Sequence record: NC_004928.1 | Reading direction: 5' to 3' (one strand) | DNA: 64,000 bases | Source of the DNA: Escherichia phage RB69 | Shown: piece by piece, positions 28,623 through 42,810 of the stretch | How the letters are laid out: each line of letters opens with the position of its first letter | Position numbering within the stretch: the first letter of the stretch is position 1 | Position numbers and translations under genes: made by a program | The notes under the pieces: model-generated | Seen by the model: only the letters and a program-made list of their open reading frames with translations | The model's database searches: none | What the model was told of the DNA's origin: nothing

Positions 28623-29281
28623 TGACCATACTTAATACTAAAGCGGGAGTAATATCCCGCGAAGCAGATTTTTTAGGATTTAGAAAAAATCCTACTCAAA
28701 TTGATATTTTAAACAACCAAGGCGTAGGTTCTGTAACCATTTCTCAATTGGCAAAAGGATTCTACGATGATAACGTAGAATCTGCAATAAACGATGTTCA
28801 TAATATTGCTAGAGCAGATGTAGGAACAGTTACAATTAACACCTCAGGTGTATCTCCTGAAGGAACTTCACAGGTAGATTATTGGTCCTTTAGTGGAAGT
28901 GTAACTGACCCTAGTTTGCCCGATGGAAGCCCTGTTATTGTAAAAGTTTACGGGCTTCCTGTTAATGCTACTGTAGGTATGACAGCCGACGAATTTGTTG
29001 TACAATTACGTACTACTCTCCGGAATGCGATTTCCGACCAATTGGCTATTGCAGAGTATAAAGATGACCCTACTGTTGGGACTAAATTACAAATAACATA
29101 TTTAGATAACCAAAGACACGTACTCCCAACGTATTCCTCTTATGGTATCACGGTTTCTCAAGAAATAGTGTCTCAGGCTAAGTCCGGGTACGGCACTTGG
29201 AATTTACTAGGTGCGCAAACCATTACTCTTGACAGCCATACTTCACCTACAACCTTTTATTATTTTGTGAGAACCGCATGA
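28622..29281 (+). CDS. 11: baseplate wedge protein gp11 (short tail fibre attachment)
   Basis: From ATG 28622 (TAATG overlap with gene 10): [20 protein letters not shown]... matches T4 gp11. Confidence 0.93.
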   Translation: MTILNTKAGVISREADFLGFRKNPTQIDILNNQGVGSVTISQLAKGFYDDNVESAINDVHNIARADVGTVTINTSGVSPEGTSQVDYWSFSGSVTDPSLPDGSPVIVKVYGLPVNATVGMTADEFVVQLRTTLRNAISDQLAIAEYKDDPTVGTKLQITYLDNQRHVLPTYSSYGITVSQEIVSQAKSGYGTWNLLGAQTITLDSHTSPTTFYYFVRTA

Positions 29282-30828
29282 GTAACAATACATATCAACA
29301 CGTTTCGAACGAATCAGTATATGTTGAATTTGACCCTACCGGGTCAAATTTTGATAGTTCAATAACCAATGTCCAGGCAGCCTTAGCCTCAATTAGCGCA
29401 TATGGTGTTAAAGGTGTTCCGGACGCAAGCGAAGCAGAAAAAGGTGTAATTCAATTAGCGACAGAACAAGAAGTTCTTGATGGATTTAATAGTACTAAAG
29501 CCGTTACACCCGCCACATTAAATGCAAGACTTCAGTATCCGAACGCGTCAGAAACACAGTACGGCGTAACTAAATATGCAACACAAGAGGAGGCCATTGC
29601 TGGCACTTTAGACACTGTTTCTATTACTCCGCTTAAATTAAACCAAACTATTGATAACACGTTCTCTACTCGTTATTCAACAGAAACAACTAACGGTGTT
29701 ATTAAAATTGCAACTCAAACCGCTGCACTTGCCGGGTCTGATGACACCACAGCAATGACTCCGCTTAAAACGCAGCAATTAGCAATAAAATTAATTTCTC
29801 AAATAGCTCCTAATAACGACCCGGCTTCAGAATCTATTACCGGTGTTGTGCGTTTAGCTACTGTGGCTCAAACACGTCAAGGAACTCTTCGCGAAGGATA
29901 TGCAATTTCCCCGTATACCTTTATGAATTCTGTTGCAACACAAGAATATAAAGGTGTTATACGTCTAGGAACACAAGCGGAAATTAATAGTAATTTGGGA
30001 GATGTTGCTGTAACAGGTGAAACGCTAAATGGTAGAGGAGCTACAGGTTCTATGCGTGGAGTCGTAAAATTAACGACGCAGGCCGGTGTTGCACCCGAAG
30101 GCGATAGCTCTGGAGCATTAGCATGGAACGCAGATGTAATTAATACACGCGGTGGGCAAACTATTAATGGTTCTTTAAATTTAGATCACCTCACAGCAAA
30201 TGGAATTTGGTCGCGTGGTGGAATGTGGAAAAACGGTGACCAGCCAGTTGCAACAGAGAGATATGCATCTGAACGTGTTCCTGTTGGAACAATTCAAATG
30301 TTCGCAGGTGATAGCGCTCCTCCAGGTTGGGTTTTATGTCATGGTGGGACCATTTCTGGAGACCAATTTCCGGACTATCGAAATGTGGTTGGAACAAGAT
30401 TTGGCGGTGATTGGAATAATCCTGGAATTCCGGATATGCGCGGCCTTTTTGTTAGAGGAGCTGGTACTGGCAGTCATATTTTAAATAATCGTGGCCAAGA
30501 CGGATATGGAAAGGATAGATTAGGTGTAGGATGTGACGGCATGCATGTTGGTGGTGTCCAAGCACAACAAATGTCATATCATAAACATGCCGGTGGATGG
30601 GGCGAATTTCAACGTCATGAGGCACCGTTCGGAGCATCCGTATATCAAGGTTATTTGGGTACTAGAAAATACTCTGATTGGGATAACGCATCATATTTCA
30701 CAAATGACGGCTTCGAATTAGGTGGTCACCGCGACGCAACAGGCACTCTTAACCGTGAAGGACTTATCGGATATGAGACTCGTCCATGGAATATATCTTT
30801 AAATTATATTATTAAAGTCCATTACTAA
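29278..30828 (+). CDS. 12: short tail fibre protein gp12
   Basis: 516 aa; synteny. Confidence 0.92.
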   Translation: MSNNTYQHVSNESVYVEFDPTGSNFDSSITNVQAALASISAYGVKGVPDASEAEKGVIQLATEQEVLDGFNSTKAVTPATLNARLQYPNASETQYGVTKYATQEEAIAGTLDTVSITPLKLNQTIDNTFSTRYSTETTNGVIKIATQTAALAGSDDTTAMTPLKTQQLAIKLISQIAPNNDPASESITGVVRLATVAQTRQGTLREGYAISPYTFMNSVATQEYKGVIRLGTQAEINSNLGDVAVTGETLNGRGATGSMRGVVKLTTQAGVAPEGDSSGALAWNADVINTRGGQTINGSLNLDHLTANGIWSRGGMWKNGDQPVATERYASERVPVGTIQMFAGDSAPPGWVLCHGGTISGDQFPDYRNVVGTRFGGDWNNPGIPDMRGLFVRGAGTGSHILNNRGQDGYGKDRLGVGCDGMHVGGVQAQQMSYHKHAGGWGEFQRHEAPFGASVYQGYLGTRKYSDWDNASYFTNDGFELGGHRDATGTLNREGLIGYETRPWNISLNYIIKVHY

Positions 30829-30837
30829 GGGTAAAAA

Positions 30838-32280
30838 ATGATCGAATTAAAAAGTCTACCATATGTTGATGGCCCTCCTGACGAGGGTCAAAAACGTTTA
30901 AACTGGATTAAAAATTCAGAAGAAATAACTGGCGCTGATACGTTATACGGTTCTGAAGGAGTAATGAACCGTCCAATAACAGAAGTTCAACGAAATGTAG
31001 AAACAATTAACGATAACGTTAAGACTATCGCAGAATCTTTAGATACCGCTAATGCTGATATTGTCACAATTAAAAGTATCTTGGATGTTTCTGGTGACGT
31101 GGATGCTTTAGCACAAATTGGACATAACACTGATGATATTGAAGTATTAAAACACACTGTAAATTCACACGGTGTTGATATTTTAAACACTGAAGAAAAA
31201 CTAGATGATACTATTGCTAATATCGGAGTAGTTAATCCAGAAACAGATTCGGTGTATCGTACGGTGCGTAACGACCTTCTTTGGATTAAAACCGAATTAG
31301 GGCAATATACTGGACAAGATATTAACGGTGTCCCAACCGAAGGTAATGAAAGCACCGGGATGAAACGACGTATTATTACTAACAGTTCAGTGTTGGTTGA
31401 CCAAGGCGTTCGTTTAACCGAGTTAGAAAATAAATTTGCCGATTCTGATGTTGGGGCTCTGACAACCGAAGTTGAAAACCTCCGTCAAGAAATAGGTCCT
31501 AGACCATCGTTAACAGTACCGGTTTACACTCGTTTATCCGGTATTGATTCATCCATTTCTATCCAAACTAGAGATATTGCGGCATTAAAAGATTTTGTTG
31601 GATATCCTAATTCAACCGCTATTAAAACTCAAGTCGAGGCCAATCGTCTTTCTATATCAACAATAAATTCAGACATTAACTCGCCTGGCGGTATTAAACC
31701 ACGTTTGACAACGTTAGAAACTACTATAGGCTCTCCAGATTTACCAACTACTCTTCAGGGTAAGATCAAATTAAATACCGATTCCATTTCAGGTATTAAC
31801 ACAGTTTTAGGTGTTGATTCTTCTAGTGGTTTACGTTTTAACGTAGCATGGCTTAATCAGGTGGTTGGCGTTGATTCAAATGGTGGACAACCTGAACCGG
31901 CTGGTTCACTTTTATATAGGACTCGTATTCTTGAAACTGGTGTTACTGACCTAGGCAATAACATTCAAAACGTTCAAACCGAATTGGGAACTAATTCGTC
32001 CGGTATTAAAGGACAAGTGACTAGTTTAAATAAACTTATAAGCGGCACTAACCCAAACGGTCAAACCATAGAAGAACGTGGTATATTGCCAACAGTTAAA
32101 AACCATGACACATCAATTATGGCTTTAACTACGCGTGTTACCACTTTAGAAACCGACCTTGCTGCAGCAGAAGCAGAAATTCAGGCCCTTAAAGAGGCTG
32201 GATATATCGAAGATGCTCCTTCAGACGGTAAATTCTATGTTCGTAAAGATGGTGCTTGGGTTGAACTTCCTACAGCTTAA
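30838..32280 (+). CDS. wac: fibritin (whisker antigen control)
   Basis: 480 aa coiled-coil protein ending in foldon-like GYIEDAPSDGKFYVRKDGAWVELPTA. Confidence 0.93.
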   Translation: MIELKSLPYVDGPPDEGQKRLNWIKNSEEITGADTLYGSEGVMNRPITEVQRNVETINDNVKTIAESLDTANADIVTIKSILDVSGDVDALAQIGHNTDDIEVLKHTVNSHGVDILNTEEKLDDTIANIGVVNPETDSVYRTVRNDLLWIKTELGQYTGQDINGVPTEGNESTGMKRRIITNSSVLVDQGVRLTELENKFADSDVGALTTEVENLRQEIGPRPSLTVPVYTRLSGIDSSISIQTRDIAALKDFVGYPNSTAIKTQVEANRLSISTINSDINSPGGIKPRLTTLETTIGSPDLPTTLQGKIKLNTDSISGINTVLGVDSSSGLRFNVAWLNQVVGVDSNGGQPEPAGSLLYRTRILETGVTDLGNNIQNVQTELGTNSSGIKGQVTSLNKLISGTNPNGQTIEERGILPTVKNHDTSIMALTTRVTTLETDLAAAEAEIQALKEAGYIEDAPSDGKFYVRKDGAWVELPTA

Positions 32281-32286
32281 TGAAAA

Positions 32287-32300
32287 GGGCCTTCGGGCCC
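32287..32300 (+). other. tetraloop hairpin after wac (RNA structure)
   Basis: GGGCCTTCGGGCCC directly after wac stop; no T-tract. Confidence 0.4.
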
Positions 32301-32312
32301 TAAAGGATTTAT

Positions 32313-33239
32313 ATGTCAGGTTATAATGCACAAAACCCTAAAGAATTAAAGGATGTAATATTACGTCGTTTAGGCGCTCCTATTGTAAATGTTGAATTAA
32401 CTACAGACCAAATTTATGATTGTATTTCCAGAGCATTAGAACTTTATGGCGAATACCATTTTGACGGGTTGAATAAAGGTTTCCATGTATTTTTTGTTGA
32501 TGACGAAGAAAAATACCGTCACGGCGTATTTGATATGCGTGGTTCTAATGTATTTGCTGTAACAAGAATTATAAGAACAAACGTTGGCTCTATTACTTCA
32601 ATGGACGGTAATGCAACTTATCCTTGGTTCACTGATTTCCTTTTAGGAATGGCCGGTGTTTCTGGTGGTATGGGTAGTAATTGTGGTAAATTCTACGGTC
32701 CGAACGCTTTTGGTGCCGACCTCGGGTATTATTCTCAATTAGTATCTTATATGGGTATGCTTCAAGATATGATTGCTCCTCTTCCGGATTTTTGGTTTAA
32801 CTCTGCAAACGAGCAATTAAAAGTAATGGGTAACTTTAGACAGAAAGATGTCATTATTGTTGAATCATACGTTCGTTCTTATATTGAGACCCATAAGATG
32901 GTAGGAAATACAGTAGGTTATGGGCAGGTCGGTCCTCGTGATTCATGGTCTATTTCTGAGCGGTACGACAACCCGGACCATAATTTGGTCGGACGACGAG
33001 TTGGTGAAGATCCTGCAACTAAACAAGGCGCATATAACAACCGCTGGGTTAAAGATTATGCGTCTGCATTAGCTAAAGAGCTTAATGGACAAATTCTTGC
33101 TAAACATCAAGGTATGATGTTACCAGGCGGTGTCACTGTTGATGGTGTTCGATTAATCGAAGAAGCTCGATTAGAGAAAGAAGCTTTACGAGAAGAGTTA
33201 TATTTACTAGACCCTCCTGCAGGTATTTTGGTAGGTTAA
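32313..33239 (+). CDS. 13: neck protein gp13
   Basis: 308 aa; synteny wac-13-14-15. Confidence 0.9.
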   Translation: MSGYNAQNPKELKDVILRRLGAPIVNVELTTDQIYDCISRALELYGEYHFDGLNKGFHVFFVDDEEKYRHGVFDMRGSNVFAVTRIIRTNVGSITSMDGNATYPWFTDFLLGMAGVSGGMGSNCGKFYGPNAFGADLGYYSQLVSYMGMLQDMIAPLPDFWFNSANEQLKVMGNFRQKDVIIVESYVRSYIETHKMVGNTVGYGQVGPRDSWSISERYDNPDHNLVGRRVGEDPATKQGAYNNRWVKDYASALAKELNGQILAKHQGMMLPGGVTVDGVRLIEEARLEKEALREELYLLDPPAGILVG

Positions 33240-33240
33240 T

Positions 33241-34005
33241 ATGGCGACTTATGATAAAAATCTTTTCGCCAAACTAGAAAATCGTGGCGGGTATTCTCAG
33301 ACAAATGAGACCGAAATCCTCAATCCATTTGTCAATTTTAATAACTATGAGAATAGTCAGACATTAGCTGATGTTCTAGTGGCAGAAAGCATACAAATGC
33401 GTGGTATTGAATGTTTTTATGTTCCACGTGAATATGTTGCTGTGGATCTTATCTTTGGTGAGGACCTTAAAAATAAATTTACTAAAGCATGGAAATTTGC
33501 TGCGTATCTGAACTCTTTTGAAGGTTATGAAGGAGCGAAATCGTTCTTCAGCAACTTCGGAATGCAAGTTCAAGATGAAGTTACATTATCTATTAACCCA
33601 GGTCTTTTCAAACACCAGGTCAACAATCAAGAGCCTAAGGAAGGTGATTTAATATACTTCCCAATGGACAACAGTTTGTTTGAGATTAACTGGGTTGAAC
33701 CATACGACCCATTCTATCAAGTAGGTAAAAATGCGATTCGTAAAATTACTGCAGGCAAGTTTATTTACTCTGGCGAAGAAATCAATCCGGTGCTTCAGAA
33801 AAATGAAGGTATCAATATACCTGAATTTAGTGACTTGGAACTTAACCCTGTTAGAAATCTTGACGGTATCCATGACATTAATATCGATGAATATTCTGAA
33901 GTTGAGCAAATCAATTCAGAGGCAAGTGAATACGTTGAACCATATGTAGTAGTTAACAACCGCGGTAGACAAAATTCACCATTTGACGATGGGTTTATGA
34001 ATTAA
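33241..34005 (+). CDS. 14: neck protein gp14
   Basis: 254 aa; synteny. Confidence 0.9.
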   Translation: MATYDKNLFAKLENRGGYSQTNETEILNPFVNFNNYENSQTLADVLVAESIQMRGIECFYVPREYVAVDLIFGEDLKNKFTKAWKFAAYLNSFEGYEGAKSFFSNFGMQVQDEVTLSINPGLFKHQVNNQEPKEGDLIYFPMDNSLFEINWVEPYDPFYQVGKNAIRKITAGKFIYSGEEINPVLQKNEGINIPEFSDLELNPVRNLDGIHDINIDEYSEVEQINSEASEYVEPYVVVNNRGRQNSPFDDGFMN

Positions 34006-34057
34006 TAAATAAATAAGATAAAGCAAACACCGGTCGAAAGGCCGGTTAGGAGAAATG

Positions 34058-34879
34058 ATGTTTGGTTATTTTTACAACTCGTCGTTCAGGCGATATATCA
34101 CAATGATGGGCGATTTGTTTTCAAATATCCAAGTTAACCGTCAATTGTCTACAGGCAATAAATTAATTAGAGTTCCTATTACGTATGCATCTAAAGAGCA
34201 CTTTATGATGAAACTTAATAAATGGACCTCTATAAACTCGCAAGAAGATGTGGCTAAAGTCGAAACTATTCTACCACGTATAAATCTCCAAATGGTAGAT
34301 TTCGTTTATAACCCAACGTTTAAAACGAATATATTGAATAACTCTCTTTTGAGTAAATCGACTAAGGATATTGTAGACCAATACAACCCATCACCAATTA
34401 AAATGATTTTTGAACTGAGCATCTTTACTCGTTATGAAGATGATATGTTCCAAATCGTTGAGCAAATTATTCCATATTTTCAGCCGCATTTTAATACGAC
34501 TATGATTGAGCAATATGGACAGGATATTCCATTTGAAAGGGATATTAAAGTCGTATGGATGGCAGCAGCAATGGATGAACAAATAGACGGTGATAATTTA
34601 TCTCGTCGACGTTTAGAGTGGTCATTAACATTTGAAGTAAATGGATGGATGTATCCTCCGGTAGGCGCAGCTGAAGGCCTTATTAAAACGACTTATCTTG
34701 ATTTTCATGCTAATGAACGAGACCTTCAAACAGCCGCCAGTGTTTTTGAATCAGTTGATACAGAAATTAAACCGAGAGACGTTGAAGCACAAGATTGGAA
34801 TGGTGAAGTTGAACAAACCTATACTCATGATATTCCAATCCCGACTCCACCAACCCCTCCTGGTCCTAGAAAACAATAA
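34058..34879 (+). CDS. 15: tail sheath stabiliser / tail terminator gp15
   Basis: MFGYFYNSSFRRYITMMGDLFSNIQVNRQL... matches T4 gp15; second ATG chosen for RBS spacing. Confidence 0.93.
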   Translation: MFGYFYNSSFRRYITMMGDLFSNIQVNRQLSTGNKLIRVPITYASKEHFMMKLNKWTSINSQEDVAKVETILPRINLQMVDFVYNPTFKTNILNNSLLSKSTKDIVDQYNPSPIKMIFELSIFTRYEDDMFQIVEQIIPYFQPHFNTTMIEQYGQDIPFERDIKVVWMAAAMDEQIDGDNLSRRRLEWSLTFEVNGWMYPPVGAAEGLIKTTYLDFHANERDLQTAASVFESVDTEIKPRDVEAQDWNGEVEQTYTHDIPIPTPPTPPGPRKQ

Positions 34880-37205
<2,326 letters not shown>

Positions 37206-37232
37206 AAATAAAGCAAATTAAGAGGAATTAAA

Positions 37233-39215
37233 ATGGCACTTCTCTCTCCGGGCGTTGAGCTCAAAGAAACTACCGTACAGAGTACGGTAGTTAATAACTC
37301 CACTGGTACTGCTGCCCTGGCTGGAAAATTCCAATGGGGACCTGCATTCCAGATTAAACAAATCACCGATGAAGTTGCGTTGGTTGATATGTTTGGTACT
37401 CCTAACACAGACACCGCAGATTATTTCATGTCTGCTATGAACTTCCTTCAATATGGTAATGACCTTCGTGTTGTACGCGCTGTTGATCGTGATACTGCTA
37501 AGAACTCATCTCCTGTGGCAGGAAACATTAATTTTACTATTTCTTCGGCTGGCACCAACTACAGAGTTGGTGATAAAGTTGTAGTTAAATATTCTACAGA
37601 TATTATCGAACCAGACGGTGAAGTTACTTCAGTTGATTCTGACGGTAAAATTTTGAATATCTTTATTCCTTCAGGTAAAATTATCGCTAAAGCTAAAGAA
37701 ATCGGCGAATATCCTGAATTAGGTTCAAACTGGACTGCCGAAATGTCTGGGTCTTCTTCTGGTCTGTCTGCAGTAATTACTATTGATTCCGTTGTAATGG
37801 ATTCTGGTATTCTGTTGACTGAAGTTGAAACTTCAGAAGAAGCTATTACTTCTCTAACTTTCCAAGAATCTATTAAAAAATATGGTGTCCCGGGTGTAGT
37901 TGCTCTTTATCCAGGTGAACTTGGAGACCAGCTCGAAATTGAAATCGTATCTAAAGCAGACTATGACAAAGGTGCTTCAGCCCAGTTAAAAATTTATCCT
38001 GATGGTGGCACTCGTTATTCTACTGCTAAAGCAATCTTTGGGTACGGTCCGCAGACTGATGACCAATATGCAATTATCGTTCGTCGCAACGACTCGGTAG
38101 TCCAGAGCGTAGTTCTTTCTACTAAACGTGGTGAACGAGATATTTATGGTAGCAATATCTTCATTGATGATTTCTTTGCTAAAGGCGCAAGCAATTATAT
38201 TTTCGCTACGGCACAAGGTTGGCCAAAAGGTTTCTCTGGCGTAATCAAACTGAATGGTGGCTTATCATCTAATGAAACGGTTGAAGCCGGTGATTTAATG
38301 GAAGCTTGGGATTTGTTTGCTGACCGTGAATCGGTTAATGCACAGTTGTTTATTGCTGGTTCTTGTGCTGGTGAATCTTTAGAAGTTGCTTCTACAGTTC
38401 AGAAACATGTTGTAGCAATTGGTGATTCTCGTCAAGATTGCTTGGTTCTTTGCTCGCCTCCACGTGCAGCTGTAGTTGGTATTCCTGTTAATCGTGCAGT
38501 TGATAATCTGGTTGATTGGCGTACAGCGTCAGGAACTTACACTGATAATAACTTTAATATAAGTTCTACTTATGCTGCTATTGATGGTAACTATAAATAT
38601 CAATATGACAAATATAACGATGTGAATCGTTGGGTTCCATTAGCTGCTGATATCGCCGGTCTTTGTGCTCGAACAGACAATATTTCTCAGCCTTGGATGT
38701 CTCCAGCCGGTTATAACCGTGGTCAAATTCTTAACGTTATTAAGCTTGCAATTGAAACTCGTCAAGCACAAAGAGATCGTTTGTATCAGGAAGCTATTAA
38801 CCCTGTTACTGGTACCGGTGGTGATGGATATGTTCTGTATGGTGATAAAACTGCCACTTCTGTTCCTTCGCCATTTGACCGTATTAACGTACGTCGTTTG
38901 TTTAACATGGTTAAAACGAACATTGGTTCGGCATCCAAATATCGCCTATTTGAATTGAACAACGCATTTACCCGTTCTTCTTTCCGTACAGAGACTTCTC
39001 AATATCTACAGGGTATTAAAGCTCTTGGTGGTGTATATAACTTTAAAGTTGTTTGTGATACTACCAATAACACCCCAGCAGTTATCGACCGTAATGAATT
39101 TGTAGCTACTTTCTACTTACAACCTGCCCGCTCGATAAATTATATTACGTTGAACTTTGTAGCAACAGCAACTGGCGCTGATTTCGACGAACTGATTGGT
39201 GCTGTAGGTGGCTAA
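37233..39215 (+). CDS. 18: tail sheath protein gp18
   Basis: 660 aa; MALLSPGVELKETTVQS...; size as T4 gp18. Confidence 0.95.
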   Translation: MALLSPGVELKETTVQSTVVNNSTGTAALAGKFQWGPAFQIKQITDEVALVDMFGTPNTDTADYFMSAMNFLQYGNDLRVVRAVDRDTAKNSSPVAGNINFTISSAGTNYRVGDKVVVKYSTDIIEPDGEVTSVDSDGKILNIFIPSGKIIAKAKEIGEYPELGSNWTAEMSGSSSGLSAVITIDSVVMDSGILLTEVETSEEAITSLTFQESIKKYGVPGVVALYPGELGDQLEIEIVSKADYDKGASAQLKIYPDGGTRYSTAKAIFGYGPQTDDQYAIIVRRNDSVVQSVVLSTKRGERDIYGSNIFIDDFFAKGASNYIFATAQGWPKGFSGVIKLNGGLSSNETVEAGDLMEAWDLFADRESVNAQLFIAGSCAGESLEVASTVQKHVVAIGDSRQDCLVLCSPPRAAVVGIPVNRAVDNLVDWRTASGTYTDNNFNISSTYAAIDGNYKYQYDKYNDVNRWVPLAADIAGLCARTDNISQPWMSPAGYNRGQILNVIKLAIETRQAQRDRLYQEAINPVTGTGGDGYVLYGDKTATSVPSPFDRINVRRLFNMVKTNIGSASKYRLFELNNAFTRSSFRTETSQYLQGIKALGGVYNFKVVCDTTNNTPAVIDRNEFVATFYLQPARSINYITLNFVATATGADFDELIGAVGG

Positions 39216-39228
39216 TAAGACGCCTGAT

Positions 39229-39246
39229 GGGCTATTTCGGTAGCCC
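39229..39246 (+). other. hairpin after gene 18
   Basis: GGGCTATTTCGGTAGCCC immediately followed by late promoter. Confidence 0.45.
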
Positions 39247-39247
39247 A

Positions 39248-39255
39248 TATAAATA
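39248..39255 (+). promoter_or_regulatory. late promoter TATAAATA
   Basis: Exact TATAAATA upstream of gene 19. Confidence 0.7.
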
Positions 39256-39327
39256 TACTATATCGTTTAAAAATTAATTCTATGGGCATCCGGTTAATCC
39301 TAAGCCCATATTACTACAGAGGCTAAT

Positions 39328-39819
39328 ATGTTTGTAGATGACGTAACTCGTGCCTTCGAATCTGGTGATTTCGCTCGCCCTAACCTGTTCGAAGTAGAAA
39401 TCTCTTATCTTGGGCAAAACTTTAGCTTCCAGTGTCGTGCTACTGCTCTTCCTGCTGCGATCGTTGAAAAGGTTCCTGTTTCTTATATGAACCGTAAAAT
39501 TAACGTGGCCGGTGACCGTACATTCGATGATTGGACTATTACAGTAATGAACGACGATGCTCATAGTATTCGTCAGAAATTCGTTGATTGGCAAGGTATT
39601 GCAGCAGGACAAGGTAATGAAATTACCGGTGGTAAACCTGCTGAATATAAAAAGTCTGCTATCGTTCGTCAATTTGCTCGTGATGCTAAAACTGTCACTA
39701 AAGAAGTTGAAATTGTTGGCTTGTGGCCTACTAACGTTGGCGAAGTATCTCTTGACTGGGACAGCAATAACGAGATTGAAACGTTCGAAGTAACTCTTGC
39801 TCTTGATTGGTGGGAATAA
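39328..39819 (+). CDS. 19: tail tube protein gp19
   Basis: 163 aa; MFVDDVTRAFESGDFARPNLFEVEISYLG...; synteny 18-19-20. Confidence 0.93.
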   Translation: MFVDDVTRAFESGDFARPNLFEVEISYLGQNFSFQCRATALPAAIVEKVPVSYMNRKINVAGDRTFDDWTITVMNDDAHSIRQKFVDWQGIAAGQGNEITGGKPAEYKKSAIVRQFARDAKTVTKEVEIVGLWPTNVGEVSLDWDSNNEIETFEVTLALDWWE

Positions 39820-39867
39820 TCTGGTTGGGGAGAAATCCCCAGCTTCCCGTGATGACGGAGAAGTCCA

Positions 39868-39875
39868 TATAAATA
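39868..39875 (+). promoter_or_regulatory. late promoter TATAAATA
   Basis: Exact TATAAATA 29 nt upstream of gene 20 start. Confidence 0.7.
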
Positions 39876-39903
39876 TAACTATAATTCCCATTTGGAGAAT
39901 ACA

Positions 39904-41475
39904 ATGAAATTTAATATCTTAAGTTTGTTTGCTCCATGGGCAAAAATGGACGAACGTGATTACAAAGACCAAGAAAAAGAAAATTTAGAATCGATCACCT
40001 CACCAAAATTAGACGACGGCGCTAAAGAATACGAAGTATCTGAAAATGAAGCACAGCAAACATATAATGCTATGTTTCAGAGAATGTTCGGTAGCCAAGA
40101 ACCAGGGCTCAAATCAACGCGTGAATTAATCGATACGTATCGAAATTTGATGACGAACTATGAAGTGGATAATGCAGTCTCTGAAATAGTTTCCGATGCT
40201 ATCGTATATGAAGATGATACAGAAGTCGTTTCTATAAATTTAGACAACACAAAATTTAGTCCAAATATCAAATCAATGATGTTGGATGAATTTAACGAAG
40301 TGTTAAATCATTTATCTTTCCAACGTAAAGGTTCAGATCATTTTAGACGTTGGTATGTGGATTCTCGAATTTTCTTCCATAAAATTATTGACCCTAAACG
40401 CCCTAAAGAAGGTATTAAAGAGCTTCGTCGTTTAGACCCACGTCAAGTTCAATATGTCCGTGAAGTTATTACAACCACTGAAGCCGGTGTTAAAATAGTC
40501 AAGGGTTATAAAGAATATTTCATTTATGACACATCACACGAATCTTATGCTTGTGATGGTCGCATATATGAAGCTGGCACAAAAATAAAAATCCCTAAAG
40601 CCGCGATTGTTTATGCCCATTCTGGTTTAGTTGATTGTTGTGGTAAAAATATCATTGGTTATTTGCATCGGGCTATTAAGCCGGCGAACCAATTAAAACT
40701 TCTTGAAGATGCCGTCGTAATTTATCGTATTACTCGTGCTCCTGATCGTCGTGTATGGTATGTTGATACAGGTAATATGCCTTCAAGAAAAGCAGCAGAA
40801 CATATGCAACATGTTATGAATACGATGAAAAACCGTATTGCATATGATGCTACCACAGGCAAGATTAAAAACCAACAGCATATTATGTCGATGACCGAAG
40901 ATTATTGGTTACAACGACGTGATGGTAAAGCAGTAACAGAAGTTGATACATTACCAGGTGCAGATAATACTGGAAATATGGAAGATGTACGTTGGTTCCG
41001 TAATGCGCTTTATATGGCTTTACGTATTCCTATTACCCGTATTCCAAGTGACCAAGGTGGTATACAGTTTGATGCTGGTACTTCTATTACACGAGATGAA
41101 TTGTCATTTGGTAAATTTATTCGTGAGCTGCAACATAAATTTGAAGAGATATTCCTAGACCCGCTTAAAACTAATTTAATTCTTAAAGGAATTATTACAG
41201 AAGATGAGTGGAACGATGAAATAAATAATATTAAGATAAAATTTCATCGGGATAGTTATTTCTCGGAATTAAAGGATGCTGAGATTCTGGAGCGTCGAAT
41301 TAATATGCTTCAGATGGCCGAACCATTTATTGGTAAATATATTTCTCACAGAACAGCTATGAAAGATATTCTTCAGATGTCTGACGAGGAAATTGAACAA
41401 GAGGCTAAGCAAATTGAAGAAGAGTCGAAAGAGGCTCGTTTCCAAGACCCCGACCAAGAACAAGAGGATTTTTAA
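39904..41475 (+). CDS. 20: portal vertex protein gp20
   Basis: From ATG 39904: [26 protein letters not shown]... matches T4 gp20. Confidence 0.95.
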   Translation: MKFNILSLFAPWAKMDERDYKDQEKENLESITSPKLDDGAKEYEVSENEAQQTYNAMFQRMFGSQEPGLKSTRELIDTYRNLMTNYEVDNAVSEIVSDAIVYEDDTEVVSINLDNTKFSPNIKSMMLDEFNEVLNHLSFQRKGSDHFRRWYVDSRIFFHKIIDPKRPKEGIKELRRLDPRQVQYVREVITTTEAGVKIVKGYKEYFIYDTSHESYACDGRIYEAGTKIKIPKAAIVYAHSGLVDCCGKNIIGYLHRAIKPANQLKLLEDAVVIYRITRAPDRRVWYVDTGNMPSRKAAEHMQHVMNTMKNRIAYDATTGKIKNQQHIMSMTEDYWLQRRDGKAVTEVDTLPGADNTGNMEDVRWFRNALYMALRIPITRIPSDQGGIQFDAGTSITRDELSFGKFIRELQHKFEEIFLDPLKTNLILKGIITEDEWNDEINNIKIKFHRDSYFSELKDAEILERRINMLQMAEPFIGKYISHRTAMKDILQMSDEEIEQEAKQIEEESKEARFQDPDQEQEDF

Positions 41476-41711
41476 TGGACGATTTAATTCAAGCTATTAA
41501 ATCAAACGACCTCGTTGCTACTCGAAAGTTTTTTGAAAGTGCAATGGCAGAAAAAACGGTTCGTTTGATTGAAGCACGCAAAGCAGAAATCGCTTCTCAA
41601 TTTTTGATTGAAGGCGAAGAACCTGAAGAAGAAAAGAAAGCTAAAGCTTCGGAAGACGACGCTGATGAAGGCGATGACGACGAAGACGAAGATGATGAGG
41701 ACGATGAATAA
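41475..41711 (+). CDS. 67: prohead core protein gp67
   Basis: 78 aa with acidic C-terminal tail; synteny 20-67-68-21. Confidence 0.85.
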   Translation: MDDLIQAIKSNDLVATRKFFESAMAEKTVRLIEARKAEIASQFLIEGEEPEEEKKAKASEDDADEGDDDEDEDDEDDE

Positions 41712-42136
41712 TGTATCTTATCCCTGAATCTTATGAATTGGTACTCGAAAATGTCGAAGCACTTATTCCTGAAGCACAGGGCCGAATCGATGCATTGTCT
41801 TCTGCTCTCGATATTGACGATATAAATACTATTATCGAGAACATGCTTGAAACTGAAACGGATTTAGCTGTTGCAATGGCTTCCATTATTAATGAAGAAC
41901 AGTTAAATGAGTTTATCGTTAAACATGTTTCTTCTCGTGGTGAAGTCACCCGCACTAAAGACCGTAAAACTCGTGAACGTAACGCGTTCCAAACAACCGG
42001 TCTTTCTAAAGCAAAACGTAGACAAATCGCTCGTAAGGTCGTTAAAGCTAAAAAAGCTAACCCTTCAGGCCAAGTTAAAGGCTTGCGTAAGCGTAAAAAG
42101 GCTCTTAAACGTCGTAAAGCATTAGGATTAAGCTAA
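41711..42136 (+). CDS. 68: prohead core protein gp68
   Basis: 141 aa, basic C-terminus; synteny. Confidence 0.85.
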   Translation: MYLIPESYELVLENVEALIPEAQGRIDALSSALDIDDINTIIENMLETETDLAVAMASIINEEQLNEFIVKHVSSRGEVTRTKDRKTRERNAFQTTGLSKAKRRQIARKVVKAKKANPSGQVKGLRKRKKALKRRKALGLS

Positions 42137-42777
42137 TGAATAAACCCGAGTTACTTATTGAAACTTGGGGTCAACCCGGTGAGATTATTGATGGCGTTCC
42201 AATGTTGGAATCTCATGATGGAAAAGATTCTGGCTTAAAACCAGGGCTTTATATAGAAGGTATTTTTCTTCAGGCAGAGGTTGTTAACCGAAATAAACGT
42301 TTATATCCTAAACGCGTTTTGGAAAAAGCAGTAAGTGACTATATTAAAGAACAAGTCGCAACCAAACAAGCCCTTGGAGAATTAAACCATCCACCTCGCG
42401 CAAATGTTGACCCTATGCAAGCCGCTATCATTATTGAAGATATGTGGTGGAAAGGAAACGATGTATATGGACGCGCTAGAATTATTGAAGGCGACCATGG
42501 TCCCGGCGATAAATTAGCTGCTAATATACGAGCTGGTTGGATTCCAGGTGTTTCCTCTCGTGGTCTTGGTTCTTTAACCGACACCAATAAAGGGTACCGT
42601 ATCGTGAACGAAGGATTTAAATTAACCGTCGGCGTAGATGCCGTATGGGGACCTTCTGCTCCAGATGCTTGGGTTACTCCTAAACAAATATCAGAATCAG
42701 AAAATTCGGTGGAAATCACCAAAAACAGTGCTGACGAAGCATTTAAAGCTCTCGCAGAGAGTTTAAAAGCATTATAA
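42136..42777 (+). CDS. 21: prohead core protease gp21
   Basis: 213 aa; size and position as T4 gp21. Confidence 0.92.
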   Translation: MNKPELLIETWGQPGEIIDGVPMLESHDGKDSGLKPGLYIEGIFLQAEVVNRNKRLYPKRVLEKAVSDYIKEQVATKQALGELNHPPRANVDPMQAAIIIEDMWWKGNDVYGRARIIEGDHGPGDKLAANIRAGWIPGVSSRGLGSLTDTNKGYRIVNEGFKLTVGVDAVWGPSAPDAWVTPKQISESENSVEITKNSADEAFKALAESLKAL

Positions 42778-42779
42778 AT
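42772..42779 (+). promoter_or_regulatory. late promoter TATAAATA
   Basis: Exact TATAAATA overlapping gene 21 stop, upstream of gene 22. Confidence 0.7.
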
Positions 42780-42810
42780 AATAATGTAATCTAAACCACA
42801 GGACACTAAA

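Noticed and set aside
32287-34045. Tetraloop hairpins after wac and gene 14 as terminators
   Set aside because: No adjacent T-tract; more likely RNA-stability structures than terminators, so wac hairpin is listed as other and the gene 14 hairpin is not listed
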